A stretch of 64,000 nt of DNA, taken from the NCBI GenBank assembly GCA_964016885.1, contig OZ024741.1, positions 326,988,001 through 327,052,000 of the forward strand, read 5' to 3'. Origin of the DNA: Eledone cirrhosa. Lineage: Eukaryota. Shown in pieces: positions 26,229-44,050 of the stretch (position 1 is its first letter; every line of letters begins with the position of its first letter). The position numbers and the translations under genes are program-made. The notes under the pieces were generated by a model. It did no database searches. It saw nothing but the letters and a program-made list of their open reading frames with translations, and had not been told where the DNA came from.

Positions 26229-26323
<95 letters not shown>

Positions 26324-27439
26324 GTACATATAGGTGACTAGATAGATACGCAGATATTTAGATAAAGAATGTTTTATTGCTTAACGACAGTTTCAAAGAG
26401 AGAGTGATTTGTATGAGTTATACATCAGAACGTGCATCGATGCAAATTTATCTCCATGGTTAAACACCCACCTTCGTTAACCTGGAGGCAATAATAGTTT
26501 ATCGAATCAATTTATTTATTTATAACCCTGCAATGGACTGATGCCTTGTCCATTGCAGGATACCACGATAATCATCGGCCTGATGAGCCTCCGGGCTCGA
26601 GACAGACTTTAGACTTTAGAATACATTAAGTACATTCCAGTAGATGTGGATTGTTGGGACTTTGAAACGGTCAAATTTTAAATTCTATTCTGCCTTCTTT
26701 CTTTTGTATTAATATTCGACAGACAGATAGTTTCAATAATCTGGTGTCACGATCATCTCCCCTTTCTCAGTTACGTCTTTCGACATTACATTGTATACAG
26801 CATTAAGGAAGAGCCTTTAGATAGCAAAGTAATAGTGGAAAATATATCATTTTAAGAGCTTAAATTTATTTAGCTCTTACCGAATTAAAATTTGATGTAT
26901 ATCTATCCTAAATAGTGCAAGGAGAAATTGAATGTATATGTTAAAGCATATATCATATCCATTGAAATTATATGTCATAACTGTATGCCCTGTAATAACC
27001 AAATTTGTAATATATGGCTATATTCGCCTTGGAGGTTCAGGGAGATGGCTATAGTCGGTTCTATATTGAGAAATTTATATATAAAATTATTCTAACGTTT
27101 CAAAATATTTATATATAAAGTTATTCTAACGCTTCAAAATATTTTTAGTTAGTTTCTCAGTAATATACGCGCTGGAGGTCATCTAGGAATTTGTCAACTT
27201 CATCCCCCAGAATATTAAAGTAGCTATAAGCTGCACAACCAAACATTCCAACCACAAAGTTTCCAGTTATAAACAAAACTCAACTCTCGCTAGATAATAG
27301 GAACAACGATGAAACTCCTCTGTACGCATCACGCAAACACATGATCCAACTTAGCAGTTTTAGTTATAGTACGAAGTTTAGCATATCATAGAATTTGTAA
27401 GTGTGATGAAGATTGTGCCCGCATGTTCTATCTTAAGGA

Positions 27440-28061
<622 letters not shown>

Positions 28062-28088
28062 CACACACACAGACACACATCTATCTAT

Positions 28089-28295
28089 CTAAGGCGGGTA
28101 AAATTCCCGAGATCCATGGACGAGTTCTCTCCAGCGGTCTCTGTCCCTCATTATCGCTGCCATATCCTGCATCTCCAACAGACCAATGTCTGTCCTTAGG
28201 GCATCAACATATGTTAACCTTGGTCTTCCTCTTCCAGTGTGTCCATGTAGGGGCTCCCAAAGGAGCACTGAGTGCAATGTCAACTCTGGATGACA
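28089..28295 (-). pseudogene. RTE LINE 3' end, same family as 17882-18295
   Basis: [26 protein letters not shown]...[11 protein letters not shown]; ends GGAATTTTACCCGCCTTA-GATAGATAG. Confidence 0.85.
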
Positions 28296-28311
28296 GACAT
28301 ATGTTTATATA

Positions 28312-28387
<76 letters not shown>

Positions 28388-28410
28388 TCATATATATACA
28401 TATATATATA

Positions 28411-30021
28411 TTTCTGGGTGCCTACCGAAGATCACAGAAAATTGATTACTTCACTAATAATTATTTTATAAATAGTTGTTCCGTAATTAATTAATTATTT
28501 CATTAGTATAACATCCCTTGTGAAACAGGTTTATGTTTTGAAGTTCCGCCCGATCTGCTGAAAAGGTTTGAATTTTGAAATTTAAACTTGTCTAGGCACC
28601 AGGCAGTTGCCATTTTACGTCTGTAAGTATAGATTTAATATTTAATATTCTCTAGATCGATACACACGGACTATATGTACTTGAATTAAGTTATTTCTAT
28701 CTGGCTAAAATATTATTGTCATTTTGCAAAAAAATCCATGGCGCTAGAAATAGCAACCGTGGATATGTGATTATGAATTCAGCTCAACCTTAGGAGCAGA
28801 TTAATTTCAGTTTAGTAGTCAGTTACAAATATTAAGCTCTAAGAAAATATTTAATGCTCAGAAATATTTTCTTAGAGCTTAATATTTGTAACTGACTACT
28901 AAACTAAAATTAATCTGCTCCTACGGTTGAGCTGAATTCATAATCACATATCCACGGCTGCTATTTCTAACGCCATGGATATGAGCCAGAATGCTGAGAA
29001 GGTCGTGTGCAAAAGCACATGTATTAGGCTTGCGACAGATCAGTCTTAAGATATTATCTTAGGAGAAGTGATTTTAATTTCTGGGTGCCTACCGAAGATC
29101 ACAGAAAATTGATTACTTCACTAATAATTATTTTATAAATAGTTGTTCCGTAATTAATTATTTCATTAGTATAATATCCTTTGTGAAACAGGTTTATGTT
29201 TTGAAGTTCCACCCGATCTGCTGAAAAGGTTTGAATTTTGAAATTTAAACTTGTCTAAGCACCAGGCAGTTGCCATTTTACGTCTGTAAGTATAGATTTA
29301 ATATTTAATATTCTCTAGATCGATACAGACGGACTATATGTACTTGAATTAAGGTATTTCTATCTGGCTAAAAAATTATTGTCATTTTGCAAAAAAAAAC
29401 ACAGTAGTGTTGATCATATATTTTTTTCAAATTATAATGTAATGCTCAGAAATATTTTCTTAGAGCTTAATATTTGTAACTGACTACTAAACTGAAATTA
29501 ATCTGCTCCTACGGTTGAGCTGAATTCATAATCACATATCCACGGCTGCTATTTCTAGCGCCATGGATATGAGCCAGAATGCTGAGAAGGTCGTGTGCAA
29601 AAGCACATGTATTAGGCTTGCGACAGATCAGTCTTAAGATATTATCTTAGGAGAAGTGATTTTAATTTCTGGGTGCCTACCGAAGATCACAGAAAATTGA
29701 TTACTTCACAAATAATTATTTTATAAATAGTTGTTCCGTAATTAATTAATTATTTCATTAGTATAACATCCCTTGTGAAACAGGTTTATGTTTTGAAGTT
29801 CCGCCCGATCTGCTGAAAAGGTTTGAATTTTGAAATTTAAACTTGTCTAGGCACCAGGCAGTTGCCATTTTACGTCTGTAAGTATAGATTTAATATTTAA
29901 TATTCTCTAGATCGATACAGACGGACTATATGTACTTGAATTAAGATATTTCTATCTGGCTAAAAAATTATAGTCATTTTACAAAAAAAAACACAGTAGT
30001 GTTGATCATATATTTTTTTAA

Positions 30022-30028
<7 letters not shown>
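28411..30028 (-). mobile_element. Structured tandem element family S, 588-bp unit x ~2.5 with short internal inversion (~28735-28850)
   Basis: TTTCTGGGTGCCTACCGAAGATCACAG at 28411, 29078 and 29666; bounded by (TA)n; strand tentative. Confidence 0.9.
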
Positions 30029-30104
<76 letters not shown>

Positions 30105-30106
<2 letters not shown>

Positions 30107-30980
30107 AAATGTAAACAGGTATAACAACACCATCGGTACAGTATATGGAAGGTAAATATTAGGTTAACGTTTGATATAGCAGGAAGAGGGTCTTAACGTT
30201 TCGGACGCTAGTCCTTCACCAGAAGAAAGAATGAGAAATAAAATAAATTGAGGGTATGGTTGGGATGGAATTGGAAAAAAATGGTCTATAGATAAAAATA
30301 ACAGGTCCATTCATGTTGACATCTCTTGCAAAACTGTTGGTGCTGGCGTTTTGTGTATGATTTGTTTTTTTTAGAAATGTGGATGAAGGCGCGCGTCTAC
30401 CTGAAATGGAAAAAAAAAACGTTTTGTAAAAAGAGCTATACTGAAGCACATGCGTAAGCATGAGTTTGTGTGTTTGTGTGTTTGTGTGTGTGTGTGTGTA
30501 TGTGTGTGTGTGTGTGTGTGTGTTATTATAGGTCCGTACGAAGCTAAGAAGAAATGTGTGTGTATATGTGAGTAAAAGAGTGTGTGTGTGCATCTAAGTA
30601 CGAAGCTATGAGCAAAAGTATGTTAATATAATGTGTATCGGCATGTATTAGTAGTAAGAGAAGCTGTTAATGATCAAGAGAAAGCGATAGGAATCTGGAG
30701 GTGTGATAATAGACGGGGTATTAGAGAAATTGGGGAGGTGAGTTGAGTCCAAGAGAGGAATAGGACCCAAGGCGGTGAATCAGACTTTGGTCAGTCCTGG
30801 TGCGTGAGGCCTGTGATCCATGATGTAAGAGGACACCCAGGACTGTAACATGTAGGGAAGAATGACTAGGAGAAGAGAAATGACGGGCGACAGGAGTATC
30901 CAAATCGAGTCATATGTCCCTTAAATATTCGGCAAAACGGTCCGCCATACGGCGTCCCATTTGTCCGATATATAAAGACA
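30105..30980 (-). mobile_element. PLE 3' fragment (GIY-YIG end, tail, and HHR at 30191-30226)
   Basis: Minus strand: YIGQMGRRMADRFAEYLRDI...PVARHFSSPSHS...LIHRLGSYSSLGLN; HHR TCTT CTGGTGA A GGA-CTAGCG-TCC GAAA CG TT AAGA (A6 mutated); end repeated at ~35380-35460. Confidence 0.85.
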
Positions 30981-30994
30981 TATATAAAAAGAAT

Positions 30995-31070
30995 TCATAT
31001 TAGTGGTCCGCGGGATTTAAAATTATGAATTTAGTGGTCTATGAGGCCTGAAAGGTTGGCGACTACTGCC
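30995..31070. mobile_element. Possible hAT-type transposon terminus
   Basis: TAGTGGTCCGCG...AAAGGTTGGCGACTACTG resembles hAT/Charlie-type ends. Confidence 0.4.
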
Positions 31071-31108
31071 CTATGCTATGGTAGAGTATATTTTGGTTTA
31101 CTCGATTA

Positions 31109-31199
31109 ACAAGTCTGATGAGCAGATCGGGATTGATTTCGGTCTATAACATTTCTATAGATCCTGAGCTACCCACCTGTGAAACTGTTGTAAGTATGT
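31109..31199 (+). ncRNA. Hammerhead motif with long stem II insert
   Basis: CTGATGA(31115-31121) GCAG...CTGT GAAA CTGTTG TA; stem I imperfect. Confidence 0.5.
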
Positions 31200-31304
31200 A
31201 TAACCAATAAGGACAGAAATGGCGTTGGCTTACAGTGTTATTCATAGTTATGTCTTTCTAAATGTCTATTTATAAACATACCGTATTTCTTTATGAATAC
31301 GAAA

Positions 31305-31369
<65 letters not shown>

Positions 31370-31470
31370 ACAAAATAAGATGCTTAGGTCACATATATAG
31401 TTTAATCATTATAATTATTTCCACGGTTCTCCATGCAATCGAGATGCATTTGCTATTTATGTACATATTG

Positions 31471-31514
<44 letters not shown>

Positions 31515-31600
31515 CGAAAATTTATATATATATATATAAATTTTCGCTCTACATGGCTGAATACAATAAATGTAATCTGAGTTTTCGGAATATTAATAAT

Positions 31601-31745
31601 TGTTTCTACTTTAGGCACAAGGCCAGCAATTACCCAGTACAAAGTCAACCTCGGCGGGATTTGAACTCAGATCGTAAAATGACGTAACTATGCTGGAAAG
31701 CATGACGTCCGACCCTCTACCGATACTGCTAATCCACCGCCCTTA
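31601..31745 (-). mobile_element. SINE family A, internally deleted, with TSD
   Basis: A and B boxes on minus strand; GGAATATTAATAAT on both sides. Confidence 0.85.
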
Positions 31746-31867
31746 ATATGGAATATTAATAATAACATTCGATTCGTTTGCAATTATGCAAACAAGCCTC
31801 AATTTTATAGCCATGTCAGTAGAATGATCACTTCATTCTTGCCCTTGTGTTGGCATGCGAACAGAAC

Positions 31868-31938
<71 letters not shown>

Positions 31939-31994
31939 ATACTTTTGGAGGGTCAGAAACGAAGTATGTATATATATATATATTTAATCGGCTG

Positions 31995-32395
31995 ATGAAA
32001 TTTGCTTCCTTAATTCTTAAAGTTCCCGTATTTCTTTCCCACGCCACTACGGGGACGTCAATCTTGGTTGTAGCATCCGTTAAGATATTTATTGGCGGAA
32101 GAACCTCTCATTGTTATGTGTATCTTGATCCATATGTGTAGTATCCTTATAGTATTTCCGATGTATGACGAGCTGCTTGTTTTGCACATGATCTTATATA
32201 CCACAAATGCTCTCATAATTCTTCGGTGTTATTGATGGGACAATTAGGAATTGTGCATATATCGTTATATGTGTGCTGGTACCTGGAGAACAGTCTCCTC
32301 AATGATGGTAACAAATGAGCCAGTCTTTATATTCAGTCCATCCGAAAGGATGGCTTATCTGATGGCAGCTGTCGTCTTCTCATTCAAATGTGTAT
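31995..32395 (-). pseudogene. PLE GIY-YIG fragment, related to 46270-46950
   Basis: Minus strand: VVYKIMCKTSSSSYIGNTIRILHIWIKIH...ERNTGTLRIKEA. Confidence 0.75.
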
Positions 32396-32406
32396 TAACT
32401 TCAATA

Positions 32407-32471
<65 letters not shown>

Positions 32472-32624
32472 AATTTAATATACTAATGATGACTCTACTG
32501 CCCCCCTCCCCAAACGTCCCAATCTTGCGTTTGACGGTTTAACACATTTCGATAGAACAAATATTTACTTAAGTGATCTAGGAATTACACAAATATTAGT
32601 TAGCATATATAAGTACACACACAG

Positions 32625-32722
<98 letters not shown>

Positions 32723-32996
32723 GTATATATATATGCATATATATGCTGGATTTTCACCAACCATCCAGGGGTCCGGGTAAATTTTTCAATCACATTTTTT
32801 TATTTGTTTGACCCCAACTACTTGGTCGTTTCTATGGCTGTGTGGATAATGGTTTAACCATCGTCTCAGTGTGTTTTGCCTTTTAACATATATTGTAGCT
32901 CTGGTTCGTTAGAATTATTGAGCGCTTGCCACACATCTCGGAAGTTGTTTTTCGCTAATTTCCAAAGCCGAAATACGATTCTCGCTAATTTATATT

Positions 32997-33044
<48 letters not shown>

Positions 33045-33609
33045 AATATACAAATCCATACATACAGACACACACACACAAATATATATATATATATATA
33101 TACATATATATAAACTTACCACTTGCCCATTTTCTTTAATATCACTAATATTTTGATAATCGGAAATTATTTTTGTCTCTCACTCTCTCTCTCTTTCTCA
33201 CTCTCTATCTCACTCTTTCTCTGTCTCTCTGTCTCCCCCCCCCCCTCTCTCTCTCTCAAGCTCACTCAAATTATCAATAAATCAACCTACCACTCATTTA
33301 CTCTCTACATTTCTTTTATTTTCTTCTCTGGTTTGCTCTCTCCAGTACAATTTTGATTTTCTTTATCATAATGTCTGTCAGTTGTTTACTTTTCTTTTTT
33401 ATCTGTATGTTTTATCTTCTTTTCATTCAATAACGTATTTTTGACTCTAATCTACTTTACGGGTAGATATCTAAACAAACAAGGTTAATAACTCAATAAC
33501 TAACACCTTCTGAAAATTTCATATCCAAAGAAAATATGAAAAAAATAACAATAATAGATAACAAATCGTAATGAAATATATAAATGATAACAAATACAAG
33601 GAAAAGAAT

Positions 33610-34125
33610 AATTTCTAATTAAGCACAAGTCCAGCAAATATTTGAGAGTGTGGTGTTAGACGACTTAATTGAACACATCACTTTAATGGGACTTCATTTT
33701 AGAGAAGAAATCAAGTTAATAGTAGAAGTAGAAAAATGTAATGTAATGTAAAAATGTTTTCTACTATGAGAACAATGCCAGCAGTTTGGAGAGAGGGGAA
33801 AGTCGATTGATTTCAACCCTAGTGCGTTGCTGGTACTTAATTTTATCGAACCCGTAAGGATGAAAAGCAAGGCTAGCCTCGGCGAGATTTGAACTTAGAA
33901 AGTAAAGGACAGTAACTTTATTCCGCACTTGTAATGAAATAAAATAAGGGTTTCTTATATGGGAACAAGGTCAGCAATTTTTGGAGGAGGGGGAAAGTCG
34001 ATTAAATCGACTCCAGTGCGTGACTGGTACTTTATTTTATCGACTCCGTAAGGATGAAAGGCAAACTTAACCTCGGCGAGATTTGAACTTAGAAAGTAAA
34101 GGGCCGTAACTTTATGCCACCTTTG
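33610..34125 (-). mobile_element. Cluster of about three tandem SINE family A 3' halves
   Basis: Repeated GGAAAGTCGATT...CTGGTACTT...CCGTAAGGATGAAA...CCTCGGCGAGATTTGAACTTAG. Confidence 0.8.
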
Positions 34126-34614
34126 TAATGAAATAACATAATGATAACAAATACCAAATTAAGGATGTTCTGGTATCATGTCGATCGTTTCTAATGATAG
34201 TAGTACAGGTTTTTATAATAGGCACAACAACAAATATGTTCGTCTAATATATCGACAATACTCTTTCTTCGCTCTTGAATTTCGTCGACTTTGCAAAGAG
34301 GAAGAGAAAAGTTCACCATGCCGCAATTTTAACTCAGAACATAAACCATTGTAACTGAATATAGCAAAGTATTTATATCAAGTCAAACCCCATTTATATA
34401 TAAATAACTTGTATATATAGGCATAGGCCAGTTGGTTTCAGTTTCAACCCCACAGCGTGATAACTTGGAAAAGTGTCTTCTGCTATAATCACGGGCGGAA
34501 CAATTTTGTCTGTTCGTAATGGGATTTCACTTGATTTTTCTAACGTTATTATCATTGTAGTGATTCTGTGTTTGGATGTCGATATTGGAAATTCTACATC
34601 ATTCAAGCATCTAG

Positions 34615-34770
34615 AACAAATTGGCAGAATGATTAGAATGGCGGATAAAATGATTTGCAGTATTCGTTCCGGTTCTCTGCATTCTTAGTTCAATTCCAGC
34701 CGTGGTCAACTTCGCCTTTCATATTTTCGAGGTCGATGAAATAAGTACCCGCCCGTTACTCGTGTCAATT
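34615..34770 (+). mobile_element. SINE family A, degenerate
   Basis: TGGCAGAATGATTAG A box; AGTTCAATTCC B box; GCCTTTCATATTTTCGAGGTCGATGAAATAAGTACC. Confidence 0.75.
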
Positions 34771-35324
34771 CTTCCTCTCTATAGTTTTCTTACATCCTCA
34801 TTATCATTACCTTTCCTCATTCTGGGGGAAATTTGCCGTATTCAGGTCTGCGCTAGGTTTTTTAAAATACCCTAGTAAGGCCTTATGTCAGTACATCGCC
34901 CAATACGACTCTAGCAGGTGTTGCAGGTCCATACACACATATAAAGAATCATTCTTCGATTGGGACATAAACCATAAAAATTCATATGATACCAGCATAT
35001 CACTTTCTGTATGGCTTGTACTCGTCCCACATTTTACAACGAAGTTTAAACTTTGAACTACCCAGCTCTTTAGTTTTCCATGAATGGGCACATCATTCGT
35101 TATATTAATATTATCGTCTCAACGCTTCGTTAAATTATGAAAGATTGGCTACATATACACAATGTTTGTTGACATTTACAGGGTATGATTTTGCTATTTA
35201 ATTTAAGAGGGTATGAGATTTCACTGTCCCTTTGCTTAATGGTTTAAAGCACCTAATTGGTATCTGGCAAATATGATTCCTCATAGCGAGTGATGGCACC
35301 TTCTTTTTCTGTCTTTAATGATCT

Positions 35325-35357
<33 letters not shown>

Positions 35358-35505
35358 ATGTGTGTGTGTGTGTGTGTGTAAAAGGTAAACAGATATAACA
35401 ACACAATCGGTACGGTATATGGAAGGGATATATTAGGTTAACGCTTGATATAGCAGAAAGGTGTGTGTGCGTATGTATGTATGTGCGTATGTATGTATGT
35501 GCGTC

Positions 35506-35576
<71 letters not shown>

Positions 35577-35889
35577 ACGTGTGTGCGTATGTTTGGCTCT
35601 GTACGTAATCTTTAAGGAACCGGATTACTAAGGCCCAAACAACATTTTAAAATATGTGATCTATGAAATGTTTTTATTCATCTTTTCCGCACTCCAATTT
35701 CGTATTGGTATAGAAATCCTATTGAAATTTAAAAGAAAACCCCATGCAGTACCATTGAAACGATGAGTTCGCTTCTAGGCTTGTGAGTCAATAACTGATG
35801 CTCGCCATACATATAATTTCGACAATGTCGTTTAATAAGTTTCCAAAAACAGAATGCCACAAATTATTGCGAATATATGGTGCAGTGAA

Positions 35890-36230
35890 GGTGTATGGCT
35901 TAATGTTTAGAGCGTTAAGCTTGCAAACGGAAGATTTTGAGTTCGATTCTCGAATCGTGTGATGCATTGTGTCCTTAAGCAAGACACTTTATTTCACGTT
36001 GTTCCAGTTTACTCAGCTGTAGATATGAGTTGCGACGTCACTGCTGTCAAGCTGTATCGGCCATTACCTTTCCCTTGGACATCATCAGTGGCGTGGAGAG
36101 GGGAGGCTAGTATGCATGGGTGACTGCTGGTCTTCCACAAACAACCTTGGCCGGACTTGTGCCCCGGCGGGAAACTTTCTATGTGCGAATCCATGGTCAT
36201 TCCTGACTGAAGGGTGTCTTTTTACCCATA
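35890..36230 (+). mobile_element. tRNA-derived SINE, family B, near full length
   Basis: TGGCTTAATGTTTAGAGC A box; GAGTTCGATTC B box; TTGTGTCCTTAAGCAAGACACTTTATTTCAC core. Confidence 0.8.
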
Positions 36231-36848
36231 TGGTGCAGGATGATATGACATATAACTCAACTTATTTTCTTTTTATGTTCATCCAAGTGATGAATATGTT
36301 TACAGTATATATTCTATGAGAGTATTTCCATAAAACTAACAAGCAGAAAAGATAATTTTAAAGACTTATTTATCATTTAATACCAGTTATTGAATTTGCA
36401 GTGTGACGCACATGGTGGCGTTTACTTCGTAGTAATGTAGGAAATATAGTGAACAGATAATTTGGAATTGTCAAAAAAATATATTGTACAAATAATTGAT
36501 AACTGCATTTGGTAAAGCCTCCGCTGCATCCATAAAGATTAAATATTAATTAGAACATATAACAGCCATAAATGTATTTGTGAAACACCCATTAGGAACA
36601 TTGCATTCGGTAATGTTTGGATTATATGTACTAACTGAATAAAAATATTCGGGATAATAAGGTGTCGTTTGTTGATAACATTGGGAATTTCAGTATTCAC
36701 AAAAAGGAACGCATAGACACACAGATACACACATACACACACACACGCACGCACATATACACATACACATACACACATACACACTCATGCACACACACAC
36801 ACGCACACAGACACTCATATACACACATATGCACTTATTCTCACACAC

Positions 36849-36914
<66 letters not shown>

Positions 36915-37061
36915 TATCTAATGCTAAAACATCCATTGCTTGAACACAAGCTAGACAATCAAATATTAGAAAGCTTTGTTTGTATCATCTCCCTAACTAC
37001 AGATACTGAAATCAAGAAATACCATTAATTATCCTAATAAATGAGATGTCCAATTGTATAC

Positions 37062-37142
<81 letters not shown>

Positions 37143-37249
37143 TCCCCCCCCACACACACATACAGACACACACACACGTACATATACATATATAGTCAAT
37201 CGGGAAATAATACACCAGTACGTTACCGTATTAGGAAATCAGTCTTAAC

Positions 37250-37430
37250 AATTTCTGGGATGGGAAAATCGATTAATAATTTGCATTGAGTTACTGGTAC
37301 TTCAATTTATCGACCACATAAGGATGAAAAGCAACGCTAATCTAGGTGGGATATGAACTCAGAATATAAAAGGACGTTATTATATGCCACAAATTCTGTT
37401 TTCCGGCAATCTACATATACTGCGAAACGG
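37250..37430 (-). mobile_element. SINE family A, degenerate
   Basis: ACTGGTACTT...ATCGACCACATAAGGATGAAAAGCAA...ATATGAACTCAGAA. Confidence 0.7.
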
Positions 37431-37887
37431 AATTGAAAAATAAAATAATACATATTATAAACAACAAAACTAACGTCTATTATAACACATCTAACTAGAC
37501 TGAATTCGTGAATAACGAAAGTTGTATGATAGTGGTATGTATCTGATGTAATAAACAGATATTTTCTCTCGTGGCCTGATTTAAATATCATTCAGCATGA
37601 CAGAATCGTTTCAGTAGCAATAACGTAAATTATTTCAATGTTGAGAACCTATAGAGAATCGCAATTGATAATAAATAACTACCATGATTCATGTGACAAG
37701 TCGCTTATCTTATTATTACGATTTACTAGCATCAGCTGGAATTTAATGATCGGTGAACGTCTGCAAATCGATTAGATAGATTATTGGCTTAGATATCTTT
37801 CTTACTATGCAGCGATCGTTGAAGAAAATATGGCAAATAAAACTCTGTAACATAGCTTTGTTTCGTCATATAAAATACAAAACACAC

Positions 37888-37940
<53 letters not shown>

Positions 37941-37959
37941 AATATATATATATACACAC

Positions 37960-37999
<40 letters not shown>

Positions 38000-38120
38000 T
38001 AATATTTATATTTATATATGTTTGATATAACTATAAATGTGTAGGGTAGTACTAAGACTAGCCGGTTACCCGTATAACAAAAGGCTCAGTGCAAATTTTC
38101 AAGTGTTTTACAGAGCCGAG

Positions 38121-41893
<3,773 letters not shown>

Positions 41894-42084
41894 CGATTCT
41901 TTGCTTAAACTTTAATCTGTTATTTTAATAAATATATATATATATATGTAGATAAATCTACCAAAAGTTTACGGTAGTGTCCAATCCGTATGAAGAACTC
42001 AATGTAATCCGGATATCATGAAAAGAAGAGATGCATTCAAAAATCACTTTCGGTGAAAGATAAACGGAATACAGAGTCAAGATA

Positions 42085-42490
42085 AATTATTAAAAAAATA
42101 ATGAATAAACAAAGAAACAGTTCCTTATATTAAACAAAAAAAGTTCATTATTTTACGATCGTTTCTAGGACATATATGTGTTAGAATTGGTATGCATATT
42201 CAAAAGATCTATGTACAAAATTATACAAACTATCAGAGAGAATATACATACCTTCACATATATATGCTGTCTTCAGAAATAATTAAGAAATATTATTTCT
42301 GAAGACAGCATATATATGTGAAGGTATGTATATTCTCTCTGATAGTTTGTATAATTTTGTACATAGATCTTTTGAATATGCATACCAATTCTAACACATA
42401 TATGTCCTAGAAACGATCGTAAAATAATGAACTTTTTTTGTTTAATATAAGGAACTGTTTCTTTGTTTATTCATTATTTTTTTAATAATT
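42085..42490. repeat. Near-perfect fold-back, ~200-bp arms, ~10-nt loop
   Basis: ...GCTGTCTTCAGAAATAAT TAAGAAAT ATTATTTCTGAAGACAGC... Confidence 0.95.
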
Positions 42491-42624
42491 TATATATATA
42501 TATATATATATATTTTTTTATATTTCATATTTATTTATCCTTATCGAGCCCTCTTTGGATTTTAGCCTTCAAATTTATTATTAATACTATATATATATAT
42601 ATGTGTGTGTGTGTGTATATATAT

Positions 42625-42666
<42 letters not shown>

Positions 42667-42669
42667 CTT

Positions 42670-43240
42670 TAATTTGTATATCGCCTCTGCAACAACACAG
42701 CAGCCATGTTTCATTCGTATATGCTTTTCCCTTCGCTGTGACCTGGCTTTTTCTCATCCCTTACTGCTATCCACTTTCTCTCTCCTTCTCCCTCTTACTT
42801 TCATACAGCCCCTCTGCTAGTCACCCTCTCTCAGCTAGCCTCTTCCTCACACTTTCACTCACTCACTCTCTGCTACTGAACAACTCTCTCACTTCCTCCA
42901 TCGTCCCACACCGTGCGAAATTCTTTCCTCGCTTACTTTTCGCATGGTTAAGATATCTTTTTCGTCTTCTCGTCAATATTCGCAAGTTCTCATGTTCAAA
43001 TGAATAATTGACTTGATTTTCTCATTTGTTACTCTCTTTACGTTGCCTCACCATTCATGTTTGTTTACCTGTCTCTCTTTCTCCACGCAATTCTTTTTAT
43101 CCCAATAACTTATTTTAGTTATTGTTCACGCTAGCATCACGTATCTGGTCTTTAATGCGAAGAAATACCTGTGATGGCTAGTAAACCACTGATGATGGAT
43201 AGTCGTGGCTTCTATTTCTAATTCTTCTTTTTAATCTATA
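42670..43240 (+). mobile_element. ~570-bp non-coding element carrying motif copy B (43098-43201)
   Basis: Shares TTTTCC..CGCTG, GTGCGAAATTC.TTCCT.GCT, TTTGTTTACC and the 3' structured motif with 5232-5900(-); flanked by (TA)n. Confidence 0.7.
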
Positions 43241-43265
43241 TATAAATATATATATATATACACAC

Positions 43266-43384
<119 letters not shown>

Positions 43385-43671
43385 ATCTTGGTATGTTTAT
43401 ATACATTTTCTCTTCTACCTTTGAATTTATACCTAATTGTGTAAGGTTGACGATATATTTAATCGATTTCCACGTGCTATTGAAGTGGTGGGTAAATATT
43501 CGATAGCTGTTGATCGCAAATAAATGGGTGTCGTTTATTTATCTATTATTTCTTCATAAGTGCCTTTTAATCTTATAGTCTGGTTTAATTGGTTTTTTGT
43601 GTGGTTGATTATGGTGATTGGGAGAGGAGATGGTGTATATATTTTATCAAATGATTCTATGGACATACTCT

Positions 43672-43749
<78 letters not shown>

Positions 43750-44050
43750 TATAAGAAAGTAAGTCCATAGAATCATTAGATACAATATATACAGAATTTC
43801 TTCTTCCAATCAGCATAATCAACCATACAAAAAATTCACTTAAACGAGGCTATAAGTTTAAGATATACCTATTAAGAAATATTAGATAAATAAATGATAG
43901 CTTTTTATCCGCGATTCACAGCCACAGAAAATTAACCTAGTATTTCTGATAGCCTGTAGAAATTGACTAGACATACAGTTAACCATACATAATTAGGTAC
44001 AAAATCAAAGTTAGAAGAAAAAGTGTACATAAACATAGCAAAATCATCAA
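43385..44050. repeat. Diverged inverted repeat, ~290-bp arms around a (TA)n tract
   Basis: TATGTTTATATACATTTTCTCTTCTA / TAGAAGAAAAAGTGTACATAAACATA; ATGATTCTATGGAC / GTCCATAGAATCAT. Confidence 0.8.

Noticed and set aside
26575-26610. CTGATGA GCC-TCCG-GGC as a hammerhead
   Set aside because: Followed by TCGAGAC rather than GAAA, with no stem I or III; at most a decayed relic.
28742-28756. GCTAGAAATAGCAA, resembling the Cas9 sgRNA scaffold tetraloop
   Set aside because: Short match inside family S; flanks do not match the scaffold and homologues read GCTAGAAATAAC.
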